DNA of 64,000 bases from Narcine bancroftii (lineage: Eukaryota): assembly GCF_036971445.1 (NCBI RefSeq), contig NC_091470.1:64542001-64606000 (forward strand), read 5' to 3'. Made by a program: the position numbers and the translations under genes. The notes under the pieces are model-generated. The model ran no database searches. It saw only the letters and a list, made by a program, of their open reading frames with translations, and was not told the origin of the DNA. Shown here piece after piece: positions 12,814-24,889 of the stretch (position 1 is its first letter; each line of letters begins with the position of its first letter).

Positions 12814-13936
12814 CTGTTGAGCAAAGTACAAATACATGTTCTGCTGATATAGGTTTAATACATTTATTGGACATCTTCAATAATGTTCCCTATCTAAGTT
12901 GGTAGAACTTCTGTTTTAATCAGAAAAATGTCAAGCTGGTTTAAAATTAGATTCGGGACGATAAACAGGGCCACCATTACTTTATTATTGGATATGAACT
13001 GCAAATCTGTTCATAAGTACAGGTTCACGTACTTCCAACAAAATTTGGGCATCAATCAAAGTTGGCTTACACCTCGATAAATAACTTCCATTCATTCTGT
13101 AAGCATTTACAATGCACTTATATGTGTACTAATGCTGCTTTGAAATCAATAAAGGACCCCATGACCCTGGTCCCAAATTCCTTTCACTGCTACCTTCAGC
13201 CAGAAGGTACAAAAGCCTGAAGTCCAGCACCAAGAACAGTTTTCTTTCCAACAACTGTCAAACTCCTAAACCTCTATCATGACACCACAAAAGGACAGTC
13301 TGCAACACTGCAAGTCATATTTTTGCACTATGTAAATGATACTAAAACCGCCCAACCAAAATTCTCAGTTGACCGAAAAATTTTTTGGCAAAAGACAAGT
13401 TGAAAAATAAAATGATCTTTTCTTAAATTTATGCATTTATCTTATTTTTTGGACAGAAATCATGATTTTTGGTCAGAATTAAACATTGTATCATGTTTGA
13501 AAAACTTTCCGTTGTTTTCTCTTGTTGTTTAACCACTGATACAAGTATTAAGCAATTTCTCAGTTATCTGAAAAATCTAGTTAACTGAAAAATGTCCGGT
13601 CCCAAGCATTTTGAATATTGGAAACGTACTATATTAATATTTATTACCTATCTTGTGTATCTATTTATTTATTTTCTCCTTTAATTTAATTAGTTTACTA
13701 TCAGTTTTTCTTTACATGTATACTCTAGGCTGCAGCAAGGAAGAATTTCAATATGTTCATTGTAAAATGTTATAAAATGTTATAATTGCCACTGAATATC
13801 TGTTTATTGAATAACATAAAATACAGAATACTGGATAATAGTTTGCATCCAATTACCCATTTCCAGAGTATTCTCTAACCTTCTTACTAATCAAAGTTCA
13901 CTCTCTGTAAGAAATGAAAATCAAACAGAGACTTAC

Positions 13937-14025
13937 CCCACATTCTCCATAGAGTAGCTGACTATCATTTACACTTTTTTTAAATTGTTTTCCACAATAT
14001 AATCCAGGGCACATTAAATCAATAT
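13937..14025 (-). CDS. JKAMP: JKAMP exon 2 (DIDLMCPGLYCGKQFKKSVNDSQLLYGECG)
   Basis: tttcag / gtaagt sites; CxGLYCGK...YGECG motif. Confidence 0.9.
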
Positions 14026-17000
14026 CTGAAATTAAACATTTAAAAACAACTTGCATTTAGGATTAAATCAATTCAGGCAATTTGTTTTAACCCACATCAT
14101 TGAAATAATTGTTACACAAAATTGAAACCCATTTAAATGAAATTGATTATAAAAATAGAATGAAACTGCATGGAATCAATCCCAGCAAAACTAAATTCAG
14201 CGACTGAACAGAAAACCCTGCAGTGGCTGAAATTATATCTTGCACATTAAGATAGGATGGTCAGAGGCATCTCATCACACCCCAAGCCAACATGACAAAC
14301 TGCAAGGATTTGTTCATCCATTTGCACAAAACCATAATAGGAGCTGTTAGCTGGGATTCTATGTACCTCTGCTATTGAGGCTGCACATGTATGTATGCTG
14401 CAGGATCCCGAGTTACTCTAACCTGGACTGTCGTTCTGGTTTCCGTCACTCCCAATGCAATTAGGCGCAGCACTCAGTAATTTCTTTATTAACTACCTGG
14501 GAGAGCCCTCCCCTGCTCTCCAGTGGAAGCAAGTATTGCAGGGTCTCCGTTGGACAAGAGATGCACCAGATATTTATATACACATATGAGGTTGTTACAG
14601 CAAAAGTTCATCAGCCACAGACACATGAGATCTCAAAGTAGAACATTACATGCACTTGAACAGAAGACCCTTCCCCCAAGCCTGTAGCCTTAAAGATTAT
14701 CATACTAAGTTGCAAAATATATCTTAGAACAATTTACAATTCTCAGACTCAACAAAAAAGCCAGAATATCTTTTTTTGCACCATCTGTTTTTGCTCACCT
14801 CTATTGTACCAGAGACCTCAAACTTCCAGGCACCAACACCACACATCATGACAAGCAGCTAGTTCTCTTTTCCACCACTTTTGATTCAAGCAACTAGAGT
14901 TTCCCCTTGAATATATTCATTGCTGCTGGTGTTCTGCAAGCTGAAATACTGCTTTCATATTCACAGTAATTTATTAGTTGTACAAGTAAACCTTTATGTA
15001 TTATACAATACTTGTATTACTAAAATACCAGGAAGTTAACTCAAGAAAAAATCACAGATCACTCTCAACATTCCAACATCTCATCCAGTACTGAGAATGC
15101 TATCAAAGTGGGAATCACCAATGACCAGAAACTGAGCAAGACAATAACATTATCAGACAACTCCAAGAGGCTGGGTGTTCTATATAGAGAGGCTTACTTC
15201 ATTCTTCTCAAAGCATTCTAATTTTTATAAGATGTGATAGGGGAGAATAACATTCATATATTGCCTTTAATGTTTAAATACATTTCAAGAAGGGTTAAGC
15301 CACAAGAAGAATTTAAAAACCAGTTATCTTTGGACATGGAATTAAAACTGGAGAATTACAGGTTTTGGATGAGCTCAAGTTGACATGAAGAGAAAGTTTG
15401 GAAGCCACTCAGAGTATTTGAATAGTTGATTGCAGATAACAGGGCAGGGGGAAGGTGAAAGTGTTGATGATAAGAGTAATGAATAGTATAAAAAAAATAA
15501 AAAGCATTGAAAAATAAAGTCCTTAATGAAGGGCTAAAGCCTGAAATGTTGGTTATGAATGTGTTTATCTTTGACCTGCTGAGTTTCTCCAGCATTGTGC
15601 TTGTACAATAACATCTATATGTATCTAAAATGGGAAAATATTAGCAGAGATGGGTGATGGAGAATTAGAACAGGGAATGAGAAAATAGCAGAATTACTGC
15701 ATATGCACGTCTAAAGGGAGCACATAAGTATCAGTAATTTGGAGAAGAGGCTGCGCCAGCCCAGCTGTTGATGTCTTTTCGCATCTCTTACTCCTTGATC
15801 GCAACAAGCGGCCACCCTTGCAGTCTGGGGCGCTGGAGGAGAGCGTCTCAGAGCCGTGGAGTGGGACGAGGGCAGGAAGGAGTCAGACCAGTATTCGGTT
15901 ACGGGTGGAGCTCCCTCCTCCCGGGGGGGTGGATCTGTGGGTTCAAATCACCTGCTGCCATGCAGGTTTTGCCTCTTCAGGCAAAGGCTAGGAGAAGGTA
16001 ATTGCCTTCAAATTCCAGGGTCTCAGCTCATCAGTCTAGCAGCAGGGGCTGGCAGCTGTGACAGAGCGTGGGAAACAGTTTCCCTAGCAGTCTGCAGCAG
16101 CAAACTCAGTGGGCAAAGGATCCGTCAGGACAACGGCCAGCGAGCATGGTCTTGGAACAGACCAGCAGGGCAATCCCGCGTCACACTGGCTGTCATGCCT
16201 CGCACTCCACCAGGTCCAGTGGTGAGGGACCCAGAGGGAGGTGTTTGTCCTGGACATGCACGCCTCCAAGTCTATGCCCCAACACATGGAGCCTAAAGCT
16301 CCATGGAAAACAGAACAAAAGTTCTCTGAGGACAGAAGAGCTACAAGGCATCGTGTTCATCTTCGCTTGGGAAAGGATGGGCCATGAGAGAACAGTCAAA
16401 TTTTGTGGACTAATTTTAGGGTAAAATTGAGGGGGTCGACTATTACATACTACTTTCAACTGTGCTAATGCATTGGGAGCTCTGGATGAGTGGGCGGCCA
16501 GAACCGAGTGGTTGTCCGCATTCGGGGCATTGGGAGGGCAGGCAGACAGGCGGTGCATCAGGAGCTTGGATGAGTGGACGTCCAGGGCCAAAGCGAGAGT
16601 CTGTCAAGAGCTCAGATGGGAGGACAGCAGGGGTGTCTGGAGCTCTGATAGGCGAGTGGTTGGGGCCTGTGCAAGAGACAGCGGTGGGGGTGTCTGGAGC
16701 TTGGATGGGTGGGCAACTATGGCCAAAAATAGGGGTTCAACTTTTGCGCACGATATATGGAAAATATCAGATTTGGGGGCCAAAAATAGAGGGTTGGCTT
16801 TTACATGGTATCTTCAGAGGTAGAGGAATCCAGATTAGAAACACTGAATGTAGTAAATGACCCCAATGGATTCAGAAGTGGTGTTGCCTCACTTGGAAGG
16901 ATTGGGGCCCAAAATAGTAGTGAGGGAGGAGGTGAAGGTGTGTATAGCATTTCTTCATGACACAGGGGTAGCACCAATCGGGCCATTTAGGGAGAAGGGA

Positions 17001-17260
17001 TGAGTTCCTTCATCTCCGCCGCCTCTGGTCTGTAATGGGCTGTTGCCACCATAACAAATGCGTTGGTCGGAGGAGAACAGGGCTGGCAGCTCAATGTTAC
17101 AGGTGCGATCAGGTCGTCAATGAAGTCATCTTTCTAAAGGCCCTCTGGCTCGACGTTGGTCATGGAGGATGGTAGAAAGTGCAACTGCCGAGCAGGCAGC
17201 GCTTCACAGAACTCTCCCTGCAGGTAGAAAACGTCTTCAATCTAGACAATTCGCAGCGGG

Positions 17261-17618
17261 TGTAAGGTAAAAACATCATGAGATGGGACCGGAGAAGGAG
17301 TCACCCAGTACTAAGGAGTAACAGAATGCAGATGTGACCTTGTACACTCAAGATAAGCTTGGCACTAACAAGCTGATGAGCAGCAGACTAACAGTGAAGG
17401 ATAGCAACAGCTTATTCATTGGACAGTGTAATGGTATGATAATTTACTAAGTATGTGTCCTGAGGTATAAAAAAAACACCACTTGCTGATATCAGGAGAA
17501 TGCGCCTTCTCCAACTAACACTGTTAGTTGCAAGTGTTACAATCCGGTAATAAAGAACCTTGATTTCGACTCAGTCTGGTGTCTGACTCACTCATTCTCG
17601 AACAAAGCAGACCTAACA
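17261..17618 (+). mobile_element. Solo LTR (Gypsy/ERV type), 358 bp
   Basis: TG...CA ends (TGTAAGG / CCTAACA), 4-bp TSD CGGG at 17257-17260 and 17619-17622, TATAAAA at 17466, AATAAA at 17549. Confidence 0.75.
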
Positions 17619-17866
17619 CGGGGCAGAACAGAAGCTGCAGATCTCTCCGAAGGGAGGGCCTTCGCTTAATTCCAGAGCCCACCTATTCGGCGGGATGAGT
17701 TATGGACAGAGATTCCATCTCCCGCAACCGGACAAGGGCGACAGTTAACGTCAGTCCCTGGCCGTCCCCCAATTCACCCTCTGTTCTTCGGAAAACTGCT
17801 CGTAAAATAGTTAGGCGCCAACATACTTTCGCCAGGACAGCCCCACCCCGCATAGCGCTGCCTTAC

Positions 17867-17870
17867 CCAT
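17867..17870 (-). CDS. JKAMP: JKAMP exon 1 coding part (ATGG)
   Basis: ATGG|GTAAGG on the minus strand inside the CpG island; phase 1 fits exon 2 (ATG GAT ATT). Confidence 0.75.
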
Positions 17871-18003
17871 ATCGAAGTCCAGCGAAGCTCCAAACGCCGC
17901 CGCGCCCCTCCACCGGAACACAGCCACCCACTTCCGATTGACCCTTGGGACGCCACCCACCTCCGGTTGACCCCTCCGGTCGCTCTGGAGAGCCCGATGC
18001 TCG
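17871..18003. promoter_or_regulatory. Bidirectional CpG-island promoter shared by JKAMP and L3HYPDH
   Basis: 133 bp between divergent start codons; CpG-rich; opposed ETS-type motifs CCGGAA (17913-17918) and ACTTCCG (17930-17936). Confidence 0.7.
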
Positions 18004-18490
18004 ATGGCGACGGCGCTGGCGCGGACGCCGCCGGGCGATGGCTCCGTGCTCTCGGTACTCGACATGCACACGGGCGGGGAGCCGCTGCGCATCGTCACCG
18101 GCGGCTTCCCACCCGCGCTCGGAGGCGACCTCCTGAGCAAACGGCGCTACGTGCGCTCCAAGCTGGACGGGCTGCGGCGGCGACTGCTCTTCGAGCCCCG
18201 AGGCCACCGCGACATGTACGGCGCGCTGCTGGTGGGCTCGGAGCGGCCTGACGCGCACCTCGGCGTCCTCTTCATGCACAACCAGGGCTACAGCACCATG
18301 TGCGGCCACGCCATCATGGCACTTGGCCGCTACGCCCTAGACTACGGCCTGATCGCCGAGCCCAGCTCCCCCGAGACGCAGGTCAACATCCACTGCCCCT
18401 GCGGCCTGGTCCGGGCTTTCGTTCACTACAATAGGGGCAAGAGCGGCCGCGTCCGCTTCCACAGCGTCCCTGCCTTCGTCTTCGCTGCAG
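18004..18490 (+). CDS. L3HYPDH: L3HYPDH (proline racemase family) exon 1
   Basis: DMHTGGEPLRIV, EPRGHRDMYGA and MCGH (Cys100 at 18301-18303) motifs; gtaggg donor; five exons sum to 1044 nt = 347 aa. Confidence 0.95.
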
Positions 18491-19625
18491 GTAGGGGCCA
18501 GAACTGCACGGGGGGGGGGGGGGGCACAGACCGCCAACATGACAGCTCCAAGAGAAACTCAAGAACTGCGATACTGCTGCAATCATTAGTTAACAACGAG
18601 CTACTGAGGGGTTCACTGTGTCCCTGGAGAGGGATGGTCGCAATACAGGGTCCCGGTCGAAAATGGTGACTGACCATTTCTATCCATGGATGCTGCCTGA
18701 TCCAATAAGTTCCTCTACTGTTCATGACAGCCTCATTATTGCCAATTCCACTGGTTTCCTGTTCATTGGGAGCTCATAGCCAAAGTTTGGTTAAACAAGA
18801 AAGTCTGCAGACTGTTTTTGTAGTTTAAATTACTCTGGCCACTGTCCGTCAGATGCCATTAACATCGACTTCTCCGGTTTCCGTTAAGCCCCTCCTCAAT
18901 CTGTCCGGGATCTGACTCACTTCCCAGTTCCTATAATAGTTTATAATCTATGATCTAGCTATTCAGTAGCGTGAAACAGTGTAAAAAGTTTCATTGTGTT
19001 GCTTTTGCAATCAGTCAAAGCCTAAGTTATGTCACTTTGAAGGGCAAAAGAAGAAAAAAAATGTTTGTATATTTTATTGACTTGACAATAAATGGAATCT
19101 TGAAATCCATTCCAAACCTCTTGGCTTTGGGTGGGGTACCATGGCTGGGAATTCCATGTTAATGGAGACTCTTGTTTTCTAGTAAGTTTGTGTTTAAGGT
19201 GCCATTTTGTTTGTGCACAACCAATTTTTGGTAGGGTTGATTGTAGCTTCACCTTTGGCATCAGAATGCCCATATCTGCCCAGTAATAGTCAGCTGCATA
19301 GCGTAGAAAAGCTGCTACAGTGAAAACAGAACTAGTGATAGCTAAGATGCTAGTCGTAGTAAATGGTCATTTAGCACAGAAATAGGCCCTTACTGAACAT
19401 TCTTGAAAAATGGTCATGTGAGTGATTCCATCAGTCCCTTAGACTTCCTCGAGTTAGTGGACTGGAGAGTGTTCAAGGTGCTGAGAATGTGAACTAGTAC
19501 ACTGAGGCTGTTACGTACTTTATCCAAACAGCTGTGGAAGATGTGTCCCAACCAAATCATTCAGGGTTTTCCCCAACGAGAAGCCCTAGATGAACAATGA
19601 AATCTGGAACCTGCTGAGAGCCAGA

Positions 19626-22165
19626 TCACAGGCATTTAAGTCCAGAGATCCAGATCAGTACAGCGGGAGCAGGTATGACCTGCAGAAAGCTATTTCCCAT
19701 GCGAAGGGAGATTCTGGATGAAAATGGAAACAATGAGTAACAACCGAAATCTAGTAAAGTAGCAGATGGCAAAGCTCCTCCCCCAGGGGAACTCAATGTC
19801 CTCTCTGCCCGATTTGACGACAGTAACAGTGAACATGCACCCCTCCCGACCCCCACATCTCCTGATGATCCCATCCTGTCTATATCTGAGGATGACGTGC
19901 ATGCTGCCTTCAGGCGAGTTAATCTGAGGAAACCATCTGGCCTGAATGGAATACCAGTACCTGGACGAGTATTAAAAATCTGTGCTGACCAATTTAGCAA
20001 GGTATTCACGGATATTTTCAATATCACACTCCAGCAGGGCATGATACCCACCTGTTTTAAACTGGCTTCAAGTGCTCAAGAAGGGTGTAGAAACTTGCTT
20101 TAATGACTATCGACCTGTAGCACTTACTTCAACAGTGATGAAGTGTTTTGAGAAGCTGGTAAATAAGCATATCAGCTCCTGTCTGAGAAGTAACATGAGT
20201 ACATTCCAGTTCACCTATTGTAATATCAGGTCTACAGCAGATGCCATCTCTTGCCTCTACACAAAGCCCTGGAGCACCTGAATATCAAAGATGCATATGT
20301 GTACATCAGGATGCTCTTTATCGACCACAGTTCTGCACCATCATCCCCTCAAAACTGTTCAGCAAAGTCCAAGACCTGAGAGTTAACACCCCACTGTGTA
20401 ATTGGATCATGGATTTCTTCAACTCCAGACCACAATCAGTGAAGATTGGTAAGAATAGCTCCTCCACAATCCCCATCAGTACCAGAGCACCACATGGCTG
20501 TGCTCTTAGCCCCTGCTTTACTCACTTTACACATATGACTGTGTGGCTCGGCACATCAATAACAGCATCTACAAATTTGGCATGTTAGCATCACACTGGT
20601 GGCGCTATTGGAGTTCCAGGAGACTTTGGGAGTACTTTAACAATAATCTGTGAAGTTGTTTTGATTATCCCAAGACTAGACATGGCCACACAGGTGAAAT
20701 TAACGGACTCAAGGGCACTGTTAAGATCGAGAATATTGCAGCCAATAGGTATGTCACCTTCTAAGGTCGTCTTCACTTCTCAGCATCTACATAAGGCATG
20801 GGGAAGCCCACGGCAACACGAGTGATGTTCACACTTCCACCTGGCACAATCTCTTGGCTGAACAGAGGATTGATGGAGAATCTAGATGGAACATGATGAA
20901 TTTTCACATATAGATTAACAGGAGGAGAGTACTGCACCCCAGCATTGTTCAATGCCACAAATTCATTTTTCCCTTGGTCAGTTTCTTCACTGTCCTCAAT
21001 CTGCAGAGCATCTGACCGCAACCACTTGATGTGCATGATGGAGCTGGGGTCGACAGGCAGGTAGTCATTGAACTAGGTGATCTGGGTTCCCACTGGCGGC
21101 ATGGTAGCTGTACGCGTGCACTCCACCACCTTCAATTGGGGGCCCTTGTCTATGTTGGGGAAGCCCAAGGGCAATTGGTCCTCTCTTAGCACTGAGCTTT
21201 GCCGTCACAGTGACAGCATTAAGCGCATTGGTGGCTTGATACTCAGACTGCCTCGTCCCTGGGCAGTCTGAGTGACCATAACACCATCTACAAATTTGGT
21301 GACGATACTATCATAGTGGGTTGTATAAAGGAAGGAGATGAGTCTGCACACAGGAGGGAGATTGAAAACTTGTCTGAATGGTGCACCAACAACCACCTTG
21401 CACTCAATGTCACCAAAACTAAGGAGCTGATTGATGACTTCAGGAAAGGAAAGCCAGAGGTATTCAATCATTGGGTGATCAGTGGTGGAGAGGGTGAGCA
21501 AATTTAAGTACTTTGGAGTCACTGTCTCAGAGGATCTTTCCTGGACCAAAACACCAATGACATCGTGAAGAAAGTATGTCAGCGCCTTCCTCAGGAGTTT
21601 GCGGAGGTTTGGGATGACTTCAAAATCCCTGGCAAATTTCTACAGAGATGTGTTGGAAAGTATGCTGACCGACTGCATCACAGTCTAGTAATGGGAACAC
21701 CAATACCCCTAAGCGTAAAGCCATCCAAAAGATAGTGGACAGAGATCAGGACATCACAGGCAAAACCCTCCCCACTGTTGAGTACATCTCCAGGGTACGC
21801 TGCTATCAGAGAGCAGCAGCAATCATCAAAGACCCACACCACCCAGCACATGCTCTGTTCTTGTTGCTACCATCAGGAAAGAGGTATAGGTGCCAGGTTC
21901 AGGAAAAGCTGCTCCCCCTCCACTATCAGACTCCTCAATGACATACTCATTCAGAGACTCATTTAAGGACTCTTGTGCACTTTTATTGATTTTCTTTTTG
22001 TTCTCTCTGTATTGCAGTCAATTTGTTTACATGTTTTACACTGTGTACAATTTATTTTTTGCATTACCAATTAGTGGTAATTCTGCTGCAGCATCCAGGA
22101 AAAAGGAATCTCAAGGTTGTATGTGATGTCATGTATGTGCTCTGACAAGAGATCTGAAATCTAAA
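19626..22165 (+). mobile_element. Degenerate Rex1/Babar-like LINE in L3HYPDH intron 1, interrupted by an insert at 20581-21277
   Basis: Fragments RVNLRKPSG..GRVLKICADQ, NDYRPVALTSTVMKCFEKLV, LCNWIMDF, WCTNNHLALNVTKTKEL, IIKDPHHP. Confidence 0.8.
20581..21277 (-). pseudogene. Processed (intronless) fragment of a LAR-family receptor tyrosine phosphatase (PTPRF/PTPRD/PTPRS type), end of Ig1 through Ig2 and Ig3 to start of FN3
   Basis: [85 protein letters not shown] are collinear without introns; frameshifts and stops; 22-bp flanking direct repeat. Confidence 0.85.
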
Positions 22166-22226
22166 GCAGAGCAGGACCATGACACAGATGTACAACATAG
22201 AGTCCTGGTTTGCTGATCTTTTTCAG

Positions 22227-22396
22227 ATGTTCCTGTTGATGTACCAGGATATGGGAAGATTGTGGTGGATGTTGCATATGGTGGCGCTTTTTATGCATTT
22301 GTGAGTGCAGATTGTTTTGGTTTGGATGTTTCTTCCTCCAGGACCCAACACCTTGTAGATGCAGCAGTGGCTGTCACTAATGCTGTGAAAGTGCAG
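22227..22396 (+). CDS. L3HYPDH: L3HYPDH exon 2 (DVPVDVPGYGKIVVDVAYGGAFYAF...AVKVQ)
   Basis: tttcag / gtgcgt sites; DVAYGGAFYA motif; phase-consistent. Confidence 0.95.
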
Positions 22397-23258
22397 GTGC
22401 GTACATTTAAAATAAAAACCTTATGATTCAGCAAGCAAATCTTTCATCTTGCCACAGTGTAATTGTAAATTATAATTAGTAATGGTGTTTTACTGCTCCA
22501 TTTTGCAACTCTCACCAATCCTTCCCCACAAAAATAACCTCTTCAGAGGCTGGTAAAATAAGCAAACCATTTTTACCTTGCAGATGCAACAGTCCCAACT
22601 GTAGGGCAAATAAATCACCTTAAAGAAAGTTAGGGAAAACAATACAAAGATCTAATGCAGGGTTCTGTGTTCAACCTGCCCCAGCTAATGCAGCTGTGAA
22701 ACTTCAATAGGAGAATGACAATTTATGTGAACTTCTTGGGTGAAAAATCTAATGTAATTAGTTCCTCTTCGGAACCTGGTTTGGAATTTGGCATAACTGG
22801 ACAAGCAGTTCTGTAGTCCTTGCAACTTTGAGGCAATAACAGGTTTATGATCGGTGGTCATTTGGCTACAAGAAATTCAAGAAAATAATAGTTTAAAAAT
22901 ATCATCTTCCTCCTCACTCTTCCAAACTATGTAAAGGAAGAAACTTTATAGTTGTATTAATTCCTTAAAAATGATACAAAGGTTAGGTATGCTGCTTTGG
23001 TTGGCTTCTAGTTCTTTGAACTAGCTTTACAGTGGCTAACTTGTTCACTTAGTTCCATCACTATCAATGAGTATCTGCCACAGGGAGGAATTGCCCAGTA
23101 AGTGATTCACTTGGCATTCACACTGATTAGTGTAGGCTGTTATTAGGTATAATGACAAGTAACAATTCAATGCATTATCTGTGGGTATGGACAATTGCAA
23201 CTCCTGCAACTGGTTCAATAAGTTAACATTGTACCTAACTTCGTTTTTTGATCACCAG

Positions 23259-23381
23259 GTCCAACTGCATCACCCTGACAGTGAAGATCTTGCCTTCTTA
23301 TATGGCACTATAATAACTGATGGCAAAGATGCATTTTCTGAAGAGCCAACAGCAAATATTTGTGTTTTTGCAGATGCTCAG
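23259..23381 (+). CDS. L3HYPDH: L3HYPDH exon 3 (VQLHHPDSEDLAFLYGTII...VFADAQ)
   Basis: accag / gtagaa sites; 123 nt in frame. Confidence 0.95.
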
Positions 23382-23828
23382 GTAGAAAATTTATTTGTAA
23401 ACTTATTGTAATGAATTTGAATACTATAGATATTTTAACAGTTCTTGAAAGCAATCTACTGTATAATTAAAACAATATAAAACAACCTTGTTCTTTTAAA
23501 TTCTGACCTGGAAATGTTCAGACATTAATAGGTATTAATTTACTTGATTAGTCATGTTTAAACAGCTTTCAGTGATAGACAATGAACATGCAGGGGAGGG
23601 ATGCAAATCATGTGCAAGCAGCAAAGTTTAAATTGAGCATCAAGTTTGGTGCAAGCGTAGGGGCCTGTTCCTGTGTTGTAGTGTAATATGTTATTTTGAT
23701 TAATGTGTGTGTTATATTCTTACTAAATTATATAATTTGATAATTTTGACATGTCATTTTCCTGGGTCTAGTTCATCTAATCCCTGGATGTTTCAACTGA
23801 GATGATTTTGAATTGAATTAATGATAGA

Positions 23829-24614
23829 CAGTACAATTTCCATTATCCAAAATGGTTGGGACCTGCCCTATGCTAGAAAAACTTTTTTTTCCAGATAAAT
23901 GGTAATTTTTTAAAAAATACAGCCCAGTCGCAACAGCAAATCTCTTGTATCAATGTTTAAACAACAAGGGAAGGCTTTTTAAACATTAAAAGAATTTTTA
24001 ATTCTCACCAAAAAATACTGGCCTCCGCCAATCCCCTCATGTCCCCAACATCGCCACTGATCCCTGGGGAGACTTCCCAGCCCGAGGTAACACTCAGTGG
24101 CGAGCTGGCAGGCTCCTGTCTCCCTGGTCACGAGCTCCTGACACCCAACTTCCAACTCCAAACCCTCCCCTAGGCCTACCGCATACACACACTGGGGAGT
24201 CCGGTGTGCCGAGGGGAGGGTTCAGAGTTGGCACCGGGGGCTCTGGTGTGCTGAGGAAGGGGATAGGAGGGAACGCCACTGAGCCTGAGGTCCTGCTCCT
24301 GCCCAGGAGGCTGCCCTCCTTGATGATGCCGGGACAAGGGATTCTTCTAACCATTTGCAGCTGGGAGACAGCGGCACGCAGTTTGAAAGGGAGAGAAAAG
24401 TCAATAGGGGAAGGTAAAGAAGAAATGGAAAGAGATGGGAGGGAATTACCTGAAACTCATTCTAATTTCATGTCAAGTTAATTTTTTTCAACCTTTGTAG
24501 TCAATTCAGCTCCGAAAAAAAATTCAGATAAATGAGGATTTCTGATTGTTTTAGATATTTGAAAATTTTTTTTAAATTCTGATAAATGAGGATTTTGGAT
24601 AATCAGTTGTACTG
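23829..24614. mobile_element. Probable non-autonomous Tc1/pogo (Tigger-like) element with GC-rich interior
   Basis: Imperfect inverted ends CAGTACAA..TTATCCAAAAT / ATTTTGGATAAT..TTGTACTG followed by TA. Confidence 0.45.
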
Positions 24615-24661
24615 TACATTTAAAGGTTTGGAGATATTTTTGTTCATCTTATCTTAAATAG

Positions 24662-24799
24662 GTTGACAGAAGTCCCTGTGGTTCAGGCGTGACAGCTCGT
24701 ATTGCACTGCAGTATTATAAAGGATTGATTCTCCTGAATCAGACTAGAACATTTCAAAGTGGTCCGACAAGCTCATTATTCACAGGAAAAGCTATTGAA
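24662..24799 (+). CDS. L3HYPDH: L3HYPDH exon 4 (VDRSPCGSGVTARIALQYYKG...GKAIE)
   Basis: aatag / gtgagt sites; second catalytic motif DRSP-C-GSG with TGT at 24677-24679. Confidence 0.95.
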
Positions 24800-24889
24800 G
24801 TGAGTAACCTACTGTATAAATATTGCTTTTAGGCACATTATACTGCAGTATGTTTTGATCCAAAGTGATCATGAGCAACAAGATTGGGA

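Noticed and set aside
15768-16860. Cluster of overlapping GC-rich ORFs with degenerate short repeats
   Set aside because: No recognisable protein or phase-consistent exons; probably repeat-derived intron DNA
18491-18669. C-terminal extension of ORF 18004..18669
   Set aside because: Read-through into intron 1 past the GT donor at 18491; homology continues in exon 2
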